Positions 17,024-28,529 are shown, numbered from the whole stretch's first letter. The stretch is 63,239 bases of DNA, filler included, from an uncultured Chlamydiae bacterium (GCA_937899275.1; 13 parts of 13 records of this genome joined end to end with filler, not necessarily neighbours in it), one strand, 5' to 3'. The notes: generated from the sequence alone by a model not told the origin. Made by a program: numbers and translations.

Positions 17024-17589
17024 GTATATGCCATCCGAAAAAAATGAGACCAGGTGTTATAATGCAATGTAAGCTCCTCTCCTTTACGCACCGGTTTTTT
17101 TGTAATGCAGATCATACGAATAAGCCCATCTTTTGTGATCACCGATTTCAGCTCTAAATTAGGCGACTTATCATGGTTAATGTACCTAGTGAAGTTCCCT
17201 TTTTTTTCTAAATCAATGACAAAGCCCCGAAATGCTGCAAAAGGCAGCGGATAATCGATTGAATACGCTGAAAAATAGCTTTTTATCGAACCTTTTTTCA
17301 CTACACCTGCGCATTCTCCTACAAAGGCGTGGGTGCCTAAAGACTCTCCTGCCATCACCCCATAGCGTTTTCTCCGATCGATCCATTCAATCGCTACCTG
17401 GGGATGTAGATGCTTTTCTAAGTTTTCTTGAAAGGCTTTTGCTAAAAAAGTTTTCGTGGGATCTTTGATGCCTTTCCAATAGGCAATGATCTTATCTTTA
17501 TACCAAGGTTTAAAAAACTCTAAAGTTTCTAGATAGGTAATGCCTTGTTCAGTGAAAAAAGAGTAAAGCGCTTCTTTATTAGGATCCAT
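17020..17589 (-). CDS. Second SET-domain protein
   Basis: YGVMAG, VGECAG, GNFTRYINH, VRKGEELTLHYN; ATGA overlap with the downstream SET gene. Confidence 0.85.
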   Translation of the reverse strand: MDPNKEALYSFFTEQGITYLETLEFFKPWYKDKIIAYWKGIKDPTKTFLAKAFQENLEKHLHPQVAIEWIDRRKRYGVMAGESLGTHAFVGECAGVVKKGSIKSYFSAYSIDYPLPFAAFRGFVIDLEKKGNFTRYINHDKSPNLELKSVITKDGLIRMICITKKPVRKGEELTLHYNTWSHFFRMAYT

Positions 17590-18271
17590 CTAGAGAAGGT
17601 TTTGGATCAAATTTTTTATTAATATACACATTTTCTTTGTAAGGCGTTGCGAATGAAAGAACCGCATTTGGCACCGTATGAAAGACCACCACAGAAGGGG
17701 GCGCTCTTTGCACCCGGTAAAGGGGAAAATCTGTATCTAACGAAGAAAAATCCATGACTACCACTATTACATTAAACGATGAAAAGAAGCTCATTTCTCA
17801 TGAAATTCTTCCTTAAAAGAATCAAAATTAGGACAAGGATGCTTTTTTGTCAAATCGAAGCAATCGGAAAAAATACGATAGTAAAATTGATAAAAATCTT
17901 TACTAAAATAGTATCGATCCTAAAAAATATATTCCAAATTTTATTAAAACAAAGGAAAAATTTTACTATGTCTAGTTCTACATCAGTTAATCCTAAGACA
18001 CCTATTCTAGAAGTTGATACATCGAACGATATTTAAAGGGAGGAGCTTAACGTTTCCTTCGCATGGCGACAATTATGGTGCTTGCACTTACAAGTTTTTG
18101 GAAAAGTGTAACGCTATACCTTATTATGGTGACTCTGAAGACCTTGAAAAGGTAGGTAGACAATACAGAGAAAAGCCTGAATCAACATGGATGACGGTTT
18201 TCGATAGGTTCGGTCGTCTTGTTACCTATGAAATCCGTTCACGTGGTTCACGTAACTAGCTATAAGCTACA

Positions 18272-18299
18272 CAAAGCCTGCTTTTTATAGCAGGCTTTG
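18272..18299. terminator. Hairpin, probable terminator
   Basis: CAAAGCCTGCT/AGCAGGCTTTG 11-bp stem. Confidence 0.6.
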
Positions 18300-18432
18300 C
18301 TCTTTGAAGCGAGGTGTTTAGCAAAAAAAACGATCTATCCGAGCTGCAAAATTCTGATTCTTGTAGATCTCTACTCTTTTCATCTATTCAAAAAAAAGCT
18401 AATCTTGAAGTCTAATGATCAAGGAGTATTCT

Positions 18433-18867
18433 ATGTCTAAATATCCGTTATTCTTTACAGTTAGCTCATCTACAGCAAGCGGTATGCAGAATAATTGGCA
18501 ATCTCAAGCCCCTGATCTTACACCTGTAGCGATAGCGATACCTCCTGAGTTTTCTGGTCCAGGTGGAGGGTACTCTCCAGAAGATCTTTTCGGCATGGCC
18601 TGTTTAAACTGCATTATTGCCACCTTTAAAGTCTACGCAGAGCATATGAATATCACGTTTGCAGATCTTACGGGTAAAGCTGAGGTGACAGTAGATAAAC
18701 ATTCTTCTAATAACGTACTTGCTATGACGCATATTGATTTGACCTTTACCTTAAAAGGCTCCTCCAATCCAGAAAAAGCGAAAAAAGTTCTTGAACAAGC
18801 TGTTAAGGAATGCGCTGTATGCAACTCGATTACTTCGGGAAAAACCTACCATATTAACCTCGAATAA
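18433..18867 (+). CDS. OsmC/Ohr family protein
   Basis: AAGGAG RBS; PPEFSGPGGGYSPEDLFGMACLNC and a second Cys in ECAVCNSI. Confidence 0.85.
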   Translation: MSKYPLFFTVSSSTASGMQNNWQSQAPDLTPVAIAIPPEFSGPGGGYSPEDLFGMACLNCIIATFKVYAEHMNITFADLTGKAEVTVDKHSSNNVLAMTHIDLTFTLKGSSNPEKAKKVLEQAVKECAVCNSITSGKTYHINLE

Positions 18868-18950
18868 AATCAGAATATTTGATATAATTCATTATTAAAT
18901 ATTTCTATATAACAATCATTTTGAAAATATATATTTTATTCATATAGCCC

Positions 18951-19673
18951 ATGTCATTTTTTTCTCATTCCTTTGTACCAGCAAATCCTATCGACCAGCC
19001 TTTGGTGGTGATTTTATTGGGTCCTCCTGGCTCAGGCAAAGGCACACATGCAAAACCTTTAAGCGAGCATTTTTCCATTCCTCATATCTCTACAGGAGAT
19101 CTATTTCGAGCGCATCTAGAGAAAAAAACGCCTTTAGGTGACCAGGTGCAGCGTTATTTAGATCAAGGCGCTTTAGTGCCTGATGATCTTGTCATCGATA
19201 TGCTGTTTTCCCGTATTGCAGAAAAAGACTGTAAAAAAGGGTATATTTTAGATGGTTTTCCCCGCTCTTTATATCAGGCAGAGCGCCTGCTTTCTAAAAT
19301 GCATGATACAAAATTAGCTGTGATCCATTTATCCGTTGAAGATGCGGTTATTACCGAAAGAATTTTAGGGAGGCTTTTATGCAAGGGCTGCCAAACATCG
19401 TTTCATGAAATATTTTGCCCACCAAAGATCTGTGGTGTATGCGATCACTGCTCTACTCCTTTTGTCAAAAGAAGTGATGATACAAAAACCATCATAAACA
19501 AAAGATTGCAGGCGTATCATCAAGAAATCGCTCCTATCGTCTCTTTTTACACGAAAAAGGGCTGTTTATTTACGATAGATGCTTCGGGCAAAAAAGAAGA
19601 GATTTTTCACGATACTATTCAAGAAATCAATCAGCACTTAGCCAAAGAACGCTCTTTTTCTGAAGCGTATTGA
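18951..19673 (+). CDS. adk: Adenylate kinase (Zn-binding LID)
   Basis: GPPGSGKGT, HISTGDLFR, LDGFPRS, CxxC...CxxC, RSDD. Confidence 0.96.
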   Translation: MSFFSHSFVPANPIDQPLVVILLGPPGSGKGTHAKPLSEHFSIPHISTGDLFRAHLEKKTPLGDQVQRYLDQGALVPDDLVIDMLFSRIAEKDCKKGYILDGFPRSLYQAERLLSKMHDTKLAVIHLSVEDAVITERILGRLLCKGCQTSFHEIFCPPKICGVCDHCSTPFVKRSDDTKTIINKRLQAYHQEIAPIVSFYTKKGCLFTIDASGKKEEIFHDTIQEINQHLAKERSFSEAY

Positions 19674-20665
19674 AGGTTTTTGTGATTTTTTCCCATAATG
19701 AATAGATCAGCTACAACAGGCAAGTGATCTGAGGGAAAAAGCCCATCAAAACAGTCGCTTAGCACACCATGGATCATCACACCAATTCTTTCACTGACAA
19801 AGATAAAATCTGGTTTAACGCCAGGCTGACCTGCCTCTTTGAAACCAGACCATGTACCTGTAGGGCCATGATGAGGAAAAAGAGCTTTATTTTTTGCATC
19901 GATTAAAGAAGAGCCAGGATGCTCTGAGCTGGTCAAAATACCATAGGTTTCTTCTGCTCCCATTTCTGGAAATAAATTGAAGTCTCCTGTTACAACGAAA
20001 CACTCCCCTTTTGCAATTTTTTCAATTTGCATGCGTAAAAGAGAAGCGCTTTCATGCCTCGCTTCTTCACTGTGATAATCAAAATGCGTGTTGAAGATGT
20101 AACAGTATTTTCCCGTTTTTTTATCTTTAACCTTTACCCAAGTAACGCCTCTTGGAAATTTAGCATTCCAGCCTTTACTAGGAGTATCAGGCGTAGGAGA
20201 AAGAAAAAAGTACCCTTCTTCTTTTCGGGTAAATCGACTTTTTTTCCATAAAATCGCATCGATAGGGCCTTTGCTTTGGCCATCTTCCCATCCGATGCCG
20301 TAAAAGTCATAGTCGGGAAGAAGATCAATCAAATCTTGGATTTGCGTATCTAAAGGCTCTTGTAGACCGATGATATCTGCTTTATGAAAACGAATCATAC
20401 TAGCTACTTGCTCTTTTCTTTGATTCCAAGAGCAGGGGCAAAGGCTATCTGTAGACTCATTTTGCCATAAGACGTTAAACGACATAGCCCGAAATACTTC
20501 TTTTTCCTGTATAAGCGATAAAATCTGCGCTTTTTTCTTTAATGGAGAAGAGATGTTTTGATCGATTGAGCTAGTAGTAAGCTTTTTAGAAGACGTTTGT
20601 TCTGCGTTCTCTTTAGAAAAACCCAGTGCAATAGGAAGAAATAATGATGATAATTTGTATCTCAT
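19631..20665 (-). CDS. Endonuclease/exonuclease/phosphatase (EEP) family protein, likely exported
   Basis: MSFNV, DIIGLQE, NTHFD, TGDFN, DFIF, SDHLPV. Confidence 0.88.
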   Translation of the reverse strand: MRYKLSSLFLPIALGFSKENAEQTSSKKLTTSSIDQNISSPLKKKAQILSLIQEKEVFRAMSFNVLWQNESTDSLCPCSWNQRKEQVASMIRFHKADIIGLQEPLDTQIQDLIDLLPDYDFYGIGWEDGQSKGPIDAILWKKSRFTRKEEGYFFLSPTPDTPSKGWNAKFPRGVTWVKVKDKKTGKYCYIFNTHFDYHSEEARHESASLLRMQIEKIAKGECFVVTGDFNLFPEMGAEETYGILTSSEHPGSSLIDAKNKALFPHHGPTGTWSGFKEAGQPGVKPDFIFVSERIGVMIHGVLSDCFDGLFPSDHLPVVADLFIMGKNHKNLQYASEKERSLAKC

Positions 20666-20850
20666 GCCAACAATTATAATACAGAAGTAATTATATTTAT
20701 ACAGACCAAATGCTAAATAGAGGGGAATTGCATCACAAATATTTGATAATCAGTAGGCTTGTATCTAAAAAATCCTATCCAATCAGTCAGGTGTAACAAG
20801 GAGATAGCACCTATCACTTTGCTTATCTGTTAGATAGAAAAAAGCATCTT

Positions 20851-21627
20851 TTAAGGTCTTTTAAATGAAGAGGTTGCCACAATTTTATAGGCTATTCCAT
20901 AGAGAGACAGAAAAAATACTAAAGTCACAGAAAATGATAGTATGGGAGAAATTTCTGAAACGGAAAAAAACGCATAGCGCATCCCATCTATGTAATAAAA
21001 CATAGGATTGCAAAGAGCAATTTTTTGCCAAAATGGGGGTAAGTAATTGATGGAGTAAAAAACGCCTCCTAAATAAATCAGGGGAAGCAAAATGAACTGA
21101 CTAATCGAGTTGAGCATTTCAAATGTTTTGGCCTTTGCTCCTATAGCGGCGCCTAACACGCCAAAAGAGCAGCCCGCAATAATAAGAAAATACAAGACAA
21201 GTAATGGACGCTCTGGAAGAAGCGTGCTTCCTATACATAGCTCAGAAAACACTTCGCCTACAAAAAAAATCACGCTAGCTACAATGATCCCTCGGACGCA
21301 AGAAGCTAGAGAAAGCGCATTTATGATAACAAAATCACTTAAGGGCGCAGTTTTTAGATCTTCTATGTCTCCATAATATTTAGAGATAATTAAAGAAGAG
21401 CAGCTATTTAAATACGCGTTATTGATCACTCCCATCATGATGAGTCCTGGCACTAAGAACTGGAGGTAGTTAAGCGAGAAAAATTGCAGCGTTTTCGACA
21501 AGCTCACACCAAAAATCAAAAGGTATAAAGAAGAGGTAACCATAGGGGTGAAAATGGACTGGCCGATTACCCGTAAAAATCTTCTGCATTCTTTAACAAA
21601 TAGCGTTTTAAAGGGAATTAAGCGCAA
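20851..21627 (-). CDS. ABC-2 type permease (YadH-like)
   Basis: KECRRFLR, YLQFLVPGLIMM, YLGGVFYSI, NPMFYYIDGMRY. Confidence 0.88.
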   Translation of the reverse strand: MRLIPFKTLFVKECRRFLRVIGQSIFTPMVTSSLYLLIFGVSLSKTLQFFSLNYLQFLVPGLIMMGVINNAYLNSCSSLIISKYYGDIEDLKTAPLSDFVIINALSLASCVRGIIVASVIFFVGEVFSELCIGSTLLPERPLLVLYFLIIAGCSFGVLGAAIGAKAKTFEMLNSISQFILLPLIYLGGVFYSINYLPPFWQKIALCNPMFYYIDGMRYAFFSVSEISPILSFSVTLVFFLSLYGIAYKIVATSSFKRP

Positions 21628-22115
21628 TGAGAGCCTCCTAAGATGTTGCGAAATGCTTCTTCTAATGTCCCCTCATTAATCGAAATATCTCGGATATTTT
21701 CAGGAAAAAGACCGGTTTCATCACTTTTTTGGAATAAAAAAGAAAAATCAATCCCTTTGGGAATTTGAAAAGTGATCGCGTCTTTTTCCTGCAAGAGAAG
21801 GTAGGGGTGTTGTATGGTATTTTGCGGGGCTTTTTTAAGGAAAAATGTGATTTTTCTATGTGTTAAGCTAGTGATGAGATCCTTTGTTTTTTCTAAGCGA
21901 AGTAGCCTGCCAGATCCAATAACGCCAATTCTATCGCAGAGCTTTTCCGCTTCTTCTAAGTAGTGGGTAGTTAAAAGAATTGTCGAGCCTTCTCGGTTCA
22001 AATCGACAATAAACTTCCAAAGGCTTTCCCTAAGGGTGATATCTACACCTGCTGTAGGTTCATCTAAAAACAACAGCTTCGGCTTATGTACAAGAGCTTT
22101 TGCAATCATCAACCG
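21618..22115 (-). CDS. ABC ATPase (YadG-like), 5' truncated
   Basis: IAKALVH...LDEPTAGVD, LLTTHYLEEAE. Confidence 0.9.
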   Translation of the reverse strand, partial: RLMIAKALVHKPKLLFLDEPTAGVDITLRESLWKFIVDLNREGSTILLTTHYLEEAEKLCDRIGVIGSGRLLRLEKTKDLITSLTHRKITFFLKKAPQNTIQHPYLLLQEKDAITFQIPKGIDFSFLFQKSDETGLFPENIRDISINEGTLEEAFRNILGGSHCA

Positions 22116-22215
22116 NNNNNNNNNNNNNNNNNNNNNNNNNNNNNNNNNNNNNNNNNNNNTTAATTAATTAANNNNNNNNNNNNNNNNNNNNNNNNNNNNN
22201 NNNNNNNNNNNNNNN

Positions 22216-25200
22216 TTCGTCACTATCACTCGTACTACCCTCTACATCATCTCCCAGACGAAAGCCCGTATCTTGCAATGCGCCTGTATCAGCCCGAGGC
22301 GAGGGCATTGGAGAAACAAGTACAACGTCAGGATGGATCTCCACACTAAGGGAATGTGCAGTCTTCTCAAGTTGGACTTGTATTCTTTGTTTTTGCAGCG
22401 CTTGTTCTAACTCTTTTGGAATGTAATCAAGGCGCTTTTCTTGTTTCTCCAGCTCTTTTTCTAGTTGAGCCTTCTGCCTTTTGAGAGCTTCTATTACCTC
22501 GTTGGCTTCTTTTAACGGTGTGTTTTTACCAGATAAGAGGTCTTCTATATGTGTTATGAGGTGTTCTTTACTTGCGCTTAATAATTTTTCTAACTCCCGA
22601 ATAATAACCGTATTCCCGATATTTTCTTCTGTAGTTTTATGTTGTTTGTAACGCAGGGCAAGATGCTTTCTAAGAAGGTCTTCTTCCCGTTGGCTGAACT
22701 CATCTTTTGTAGCGCTCATAAGCTTTGCTAATTCTTTGTTTCTTGCGATAAGGGTTTTATTAAAATTTACCTGATTTTTTTGGGTTTTTTCTAGGTAGGT
22801 TATTTGTTCCTGGGCTCTTATTAAGTCGCTTTTTGTAGCAGATAGTGCTTCCCGTAAGGCTTCTATCTTTGTTTGTTGCTTTTGTTTGTCAAAGGAGATT
22901 TCACGTCGATTAGAAGGCGCTTTTTTCAGAGATAAGGCAAAGTTTTGTGCCCTTAATTTATTGATGGTTTTGGCGTTTTTAGTAAGCTTTGCACTAAATT
23001 CAGCAATTTGTGTCTTATAATAGTCAGCTGTAGCTGCAGCTTGTAAGCTGCTTTCTTGTGCGCTTTCTAGATTTTGTCTTAAATCGTCGATCGTTTTTTC
23101 TAAAGAAGCAATGGTCGTATTTTTTTGTGCCAGCGTGTCTACTTTGCTTCTTAAGGAGTCTCTTGTAGCGCTATATGCTTTTTGCAACGCTTCTAATTCT
23201 GCCTGTGCCTGGTGTTTCACCCTGTTTGATGAGGTAAGGTCGGCTGTTAATCGTTCGCAGTGGATTTTTAGTTTTGTATTTGCATCGTCTAATGTATCTC
23301 TCTGACTCCGCATTTCCGACATAGTTTTTGCAAAAAACTCTTTGATGCGCGCATTCTGCTTTTTTTGTGTTGCTTTTTCACGCTTTAATCTAAGGATGTC
23401 TGCTTTGTCTTTAGCTAATTCCAGGGTGTTATCTGTTCGGGTAGATAACTCTTCTTTTTCTTTTGTTAATGCTTTTAATTTCTGGATTAGGCTCGTTTGC
23501 GCTTTTTCAAGGTGCTCTTTTTTTGCTAGAAGAGAAAGGTTTTCTTGGAGCTGTTTTGTAGATGCTTCTTTTAGCGTGTTAAAGGCGCTGCTAAATTCTT
23601 CTTCCAGGGACTTCTTTGTTTTGATAACATCAGATTTTACTGCCTGCAACTCTTTTTTTAGATCTTCTTTGAGCCTGCGGCTCTTTGCTACTTCCTTTTT
23701 AGCCGACAGGTGAGCTGCTTTTTCTTGCTTTAGTAGAGCATTTAGAGAGTCCAATTCTTGAGTTTTTGCATTCATTTGCATTGCAGCTTCTCCCAGAAGC
23801 GTTCTCATAAAACCCATGATTTGGCGCTCGTTTTCTAATTCTTTTTTTGCTTTATATAGATCTTTTTGCGTTGTAGCTAGATTTGTATTTGCTTCATGGA
23901 GCTGTTTTTGTAAGCCTTCTTTTTCTTGGCGAGCTTCTTTTTTTTGGAGAAGTAGTTCGTTTTCTAAAGATTGAGTTTTTGCTTGCATCTCACCGAGCTG
24001 TTTCTGAAAGCGCTCTGTTAGACTATTGAAAGCGTTTCTAACATCTTTAAAGATAGTTTTTGCTAGTGACTTTTTTAACTGGGTAGTTTTTTCTTTCGCT
24101 GCATGTAGCGCTTGTCTTAGATGGTTTAGTTTAACTGCATAGTCTTCATTTTTAGCAGCAAGAGCCTTTTCTACGTCTACTAAGGCTTGTTCCAATTGTT
24201 GAGTACGCTCTTCTATAAGCGCTTTTTCTTGTTCGCTTGCTTGGTCTTTTTGTTGTATACTTCTTGTTGCGTTTTGGAGCTTTTGGGTTAATGTAGCATT
24301 TTTCTTGCGTAAATCATCTAAGCTAGAGTTATGCTCGTTTTGCAGCTTTTGAAGAGCTTCTTGGCGCGTTTGTTCTAGCTTTTCTGCAGCTGCTTGCTGT
24401 GTCTGCAATTGACTTTGTGCTTCTTTTAGAGCTGATTGTGTTTGTTTTACGGTCTCTTGAAGATCTTGTTCTCTTTGAAGGCCTGCTTCTAGTTTTTGCT
24501 TGGCTGTAGATAGGTCTTTCTCCGCTTGAACTACTTTTGCATTTGCTTCATGGAGCTGTTTTTCTAGAGCCTCTTTTTTTTGCTGTAGTTTTTGGCTGGT
24601 TTTTTGCGTAGAGTGCAGCTGCGTATTTAGCTCTCTTGCTTTTTGTGTATGGCTAGACTGTTCTTTTTTTAGCTGCGTTTCAATATCTCGTATTTGCCCG
24701 TGTTGTTGCAATAGCTGACTTCTTGCATCTTTTCGCCCTTCTTCGAGCTTTGTTTTGTGGGCGTGTATTTCTTGTAAGGCTTTTTTATGCCTTTTTTCGT
24801 TTTGTACTAGAGTATCTTTGAGCGATCGTTCTATTTGAAGGCCTGCTTGTAGCCGTTGATTGGCTTTAAGTAGATTCTTTTGCGCTATAGTTAGATTTGT
24901 ATTTGCGTCATAGAGCTGTTTTTGTAAGCTCTCTTCTTTTTGTAAAAGCTCTCGCAACTGAGGGTTGTTGCGGTTTTTTGTTTTTCGGAGATCTGTAATC
25001 CAAGATTTTAATGATCCGATGTGCAAACGGAGCTCGTTACTCACGGTTTTTTCCCGGTTTACAACGCGCTCTCTTTCTGCAAGAAGATCCTGCAGGTATT
25101 TAATGGTTTCTTCATGATGCGATGTGCCTAAAGCTTCTGCGCTTTTTTGGGGGCTTTTTAGGGAAAAACCTGTAGGAGAGGAATTGGTAAAGGCTTCTTG

Positions 25201-25482
25201 TAAAATGTCAGGATCGAGATAGCGTACGCGGGTTCGGCGACCTATCTTTTCTCTTACTAAAGGGTGCAAGCTGCCATCTTTATGGATATCGATGATTACG
25301 GACCGGACATTTGGAGATAGGGGGGTTCTTGCTTTTAAAATCCGCTCTATTAGCCGAAAAGCTTGTTGCTGCTCATCTTGATTAGCCGGGTAAGGACCTT
25401 GTTGGGTATAGATCTCAGGCTTAGTAAAAATAGGGAGGCGACCCGTATGGCCAGAAAATGGTGTAGAACTAAATGTTGTCAT
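22216..25482 (-). CDS. Long coiled-coil protein (about 1090 aa or more, 3' truncated)
   Basis: Heptad-rich K/E/Q/L sequence, internal repeats, S/T/P-rich N-terminus. Confidence 0.8.
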
Positions 25483-25759
25483 AAAAACTTTTCATTTAAA
25501 ATGGTTAATTACTATTATTTTATCATAATTTTATTTAAAATTCAAATTTTTGATAATAGTAAGGTTTTTATAAAGTTTTTATTATTAGCTTTTTATAAAA
25601 ATACTATAAATAAGTAATTTTTTAAATATCTTTATGTTAACTACTTAAGAAAAACTTTTTTTGTCGGTTTTAAGAGAAAATGTAGCTGCAACATTGGATG
25701 GAAATGCCGCCTTTTGTATAGTTAAAGAAAAGTCCATGCCAAAGTAGGTACGTCTCATT

Positions 25760-26590
25760 TTGTTTTCTGAAAGCTTCTTCATCAATAACGGCTTTACTAC
25801 TTTGGTTTTCATCGCAGTTTTAATCTGCACGCGTCTTGTCATTACCCGGTCGATTCGTACAGCGAATCGAGCCTGGACATCAGAGATGCGGCTGCGTTCC
25901 ATTGGGTATGTGCGCTCGGTTTTTTTCGGTCTTTTGCTTGTAGGATTGATCTATATTTGGGGTGAGCAGGTACATAACTTTGCCGTTTCATTGTTTGCCA
26001 TCGCTTTTGCTCTTGTATTTTCTGTAAAAGAGCTTTGCAGCTCTTTTAACGGATCGATGATGCGTTTTCGAGGTAATATCTACAATCTTGGAGACCGCAT
26101 TGAAATCGGCAATATGCGCGGCGATGTGATCGATATGAACATTTTTTCTACTACGATTTTAGAAGTAGGTCATGATGCAAAAAGCCATCATCATACAGGT
26201 AGAACCGTGGTTTTTCCCAATAGCATGATCACAACACATATGGTGGTCAACGAGTCTTTTATCGATCATTTTTATTTTCATAACATTAAAATTCCGCTGT
26301 CGATTGAAGATAACTGGCAAACGGCTTATGAAGTGCTACTTTCTATTGCAAAAGAAGAATGCACCCCTTATCTAGAGCTGGCAAGAAAACGGATGATGGA
26401 AACTGCTAAACAAAAAAGTATTGTTCTTCCCTCTGTAGAGCCTCGTATTATCGTCCAGATGCCAGAGCCAGAGAAAATCAATTTGATCCTGCGATTTCCA
26501 GGTCCAGTGCATCTAAAGGGGCGTTTAGAGCAGACGATCTTAAGAAAATTTCTAGAGACCTTTTTTCAGAAGCCTTCTGAAAAAAAGTAA
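25760..26590 (+). CDS. Small-conductance mechanosensitive channel (MscS family)
   Basis: Three TM segments, GDRIEIGNMRGDVIDM, VVFPNS. Confidence 0.88.
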   Translation: MFSESFFINNGFTTLVFIAVLICTRLVITRSIRTANRAWTSEMRLRSIGYVRSVFFGLLLVGLIYIWGEQVHNFAVSLFAIAFALVFSVKELCSSFNGSMMRFRGNIYNLGDRIEIGNMRGDVIDMNIFSTTILEVGHDAKSHHHTGRTVVFPNSMITTHMVVNESFIDHFYFHNIKIPLSIEDNWQTAYEVLLSIAKEECTPYLELARKRMMETAKQKSIVLPSVEPRIIVQMPEPEKINLILRFPGPVHLKGRLEQTILRKFLETFFQKPSEKK

Positions 26591-26596
26591 CCGGTC

Positions 26597-27969
26597 TTAT
26601 CCAATAAGACCGATCATTTCTTGTAATACTTCCTGGCTTCTTTCAACAAGAGAGCTCAAGTCTTTAGTGTTGATCTCTTTTTGAGAAAGCCGCGCTAGAT
26701 CATAGACGTGTTCTACTAGCTTTTTTGCAAAGTTAGGCTGCGAGTTTTTCAAAGAAAATGCTTTAGTAATCAAAAGGTTATTTGTGTTGATCACAAAGGT
26801 TTTTTTCTGTGGTAACATCGCATCATCGTTGGACCTTGAATGGCTCATCATGAACTCTTTGAAGCGTCTACTTTGCTCGTCGATAAGGAAAAACGCAGGG
26901 GTATCTGCAGAAGCAAGGCTTTTTGCTTCTATAGTCAGATCTTTTTTGTCTAAAGCGTTTCGGACAAAGTCTTCGATGAGAGCAGACTCTGATTTACCTT
27001 CTGCATTGAGAAGGGTTTTTTCTTTACCTTTATCGAGAAGCGTCTCTTCTAATACAGAATCAATTCTTTGGAATTTTACCCCTAAGCGGTCTTCTAAGCG
27101 CTGCATAAGGGGATTGTCGATTACTGGCTGGGTCAAAAGAACAGGAAGGTTTTTTTCTTTGTACAACTTAGATACGCCGAGATCTTTGGTGTCTTTTGTT
27201 GTGTAGTATACCGTTTTTTTATCCCCCTCTTTGCAGGTTTTTTGGATCTCTTCTAGGGTGAGCCATTTTCCATCTAAGGTGTTCCATACAAGAAAGTTTT
27301 TCGCTTTTTCATAGAGGTTTTCCTCTTGTAAAATGCCCAGCTTGACGACCATTTCTATTTCAGGCCAAATCTCTAGAAAACGCGCTTGATCTTGTTTGTA
27401 TAACCCCTCAATTTTTTGTAGGATTTTTTTCGAGATATGCTGCGCTAAACTGCGGACCGTTTTATCCATCTGCAGGTGAGAGCGGGAAACATTGAGAGGG
27501 ATATCAGGACTGTCAATTGCTCCTTTAAGCACCATCAGATAGTCGGGTAAAAGATCTTTGCAGTTATCAGATACAAACACGCGGTTGCAAAATAGATGCA
27601 CCGCATTAGACTGAAAATCAAACCCTCGATGAATTTTTGGGAAATAGAGAACCCCTTTTAAATGAAAGGGAACATCGATATTGATGTGCACCCAAAATAA
27701 AGGCTCTGCATCTTGTGGGTACATAGCCCGGTAGAAATTAAGGTAGTCCTCTTCTTTGCAGTTTGCAGGTGTTTTGACAAAAAGAGGCTCTTCATGGTTG
27801 ATTTTTGTGTCATGGATATAAATAGGATGCGGTAGATAAGCGCAGTATGTTTTGAGTAAAGATTGTAGCTTGTCTTCTGCAAGGTATTCTGTAGAGTGAT
27901 CAAAGATGTGTAGAGTAATCGATGTTCCTATAGAAGATTATTCTTCAGGCGTGATTTCATATTAAGAAG
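26597..27969 (-). CDS. htpG: HtpG/Hsp90 chaperone, 5' truncated; two in-frame TAA within about 35 nt of the contig end
   Basis: LFWVHINIDVPFHLKGVLYFP, LFCNRVFVSDN, IDSPDIPLNVSRS; the frame continues upstream (GTSITLH...YLNFYRAMYP). Confidence 0.92.
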
Positions 27970-28069
27970 NNNNNNNNNNNNNNNNNNNNNNNNNNNNNNN
28001 NNNNNNNNNNNNNTTAATTAATTAANNNNNNNNNNNNNNNNNNNNNNNNNNNNNNNNNNNNNNNNNNNN

Positions 28070-28223
28070 CTAAAGCAAGCGCTCCTACAAGAAAAGAGAT
28101 AGCAAGTGTGGCAACAGCGGTGATCTTGAACAAATTAAGCCGAATTGTAAGATTGTCTACATAGGGCCTATCATTTGTTACATGAGAGGAATTTCTCGTT
28201 AATCCTGTTGATGGAGTTACCAT
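28070..28223 (-). CDS. Hypothetical membrane protein, N-terminal fragment
   Basis: AGGAG RBS; S/T-rich start, then a hydrophobic helix running to the contig end. Confidence 0.5.
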
Positions 28224-28529
28224 TTTTGCTCCTGTAAAAATTAGATGTATAGTTTAACGTAAAAGAGCTATTTTTTCATAGTGAAAAGATGGGCTAGGCG
28301 GCTTCAATACACTTTTAGAGCTCCTGGAGGGTGGATGGTTTGATCCTGGTTTTTCATACAAATCGGACAATGATACTGGAAAATCAATGGAAAACAGATG
28401 GAAAATGAAGCGGCATTTTTTTGCAAAAATTATCGTATGCATCTGCTGCAGAGGCTTTAAGAAAATATTTTATCTAGATGAAAACGCCCAAAAAGGAGAA
28501 AATGGAAGGAAATAACCACTAATTTTGGA

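Noticed and set aside
17579..17794. 71-aa ORF upstream of the SET pair
   Set aside because: No motif or clear RBS; cannot be supported from the sequence alone.
22216..25482. SMC/chromosome segregation ATPase
   Set aside because: No N-terminal Walker A motif or hinge; similarity is only coiled-coil composition.
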